A stretch of DNA of 63,287 nucleotides, filler included, from Octopus bimaculoides (lineage: Eukaryota), in assembly GCF_001194135.2 (NCBI RefSeq). It is 6 parts of 5 records of this genome, joined end to end, with 100 filler letters (N's around TTAATTAATTAA, not from the genome) between each part and the next. Parts side by side here need not be neighbours in the genome. Positions count along the whole stretch, not along the records: positions 59,528 to 63,287 come from NC_068981.1; 5 more parts are not named here. The stretch is one strand, 5' to 3'. The notes beneath the pieces were generated by a model. The model searched no databases, was not told the DNA's origin, and saw nothing but the letters and a program-made list of their open reading frames with translations. Within the stretch, counting starts at the first letter, position 1. Every line of letters starts with the position of its first letter. Below are positions 63,251-63,287 of this stretch, piece after piece. A program made the translations under genes and the position numbers.

Positions 63251-63287
63251 ATATACATACATATAATACACGCATATATACCAGGTT

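Overview
This is AT-rich, gapped, repeat-saturated eukaryotic DNA with no protein-coding gene that I can support. The repeat families resemble those I know from octopus genomes, so an octopod cephalopod source is an inference, not a database match. The window holds at least three tRNA-derived SINE families (about 30 copies and fragments), two or three decayed mariner transposons, fragments of R4/Dong-like, RTE-like and CR1-like LINEs, Penelope-type terminal repeats, dense microsatellites, N-gaps and five artificial TTAATTAATTAA gap linkers. All long ORFs in the track are N-spanning or microsatellite artefacts; the only protein-like ones are transposon debris. The strongest unexplained signal is RNA-structural: at least eight hammerhead-ribozyme-like motifs from several sequence families. 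One is essentially intact: a minimal type I motif at 29997-30042 with a palindromic ACGU stem III that would need to dimerise. A recurring variant family changes A6 and shows stem II covariation (46753, 51544, 49711, with a related copy at 28667). One GUC-site motif sits inside a roughly 310-bp-period direct duplication (57513-57985), a retrozyme-like layout. Other highlights are a chimeric SINE (10641-11086), a SINE nested in a mariner with a 13-bp TSD, interchangeable SINE tails and a 36-bp-stem hairpin at 142-248. All coordinates were read by eye and may be off by a few bases.
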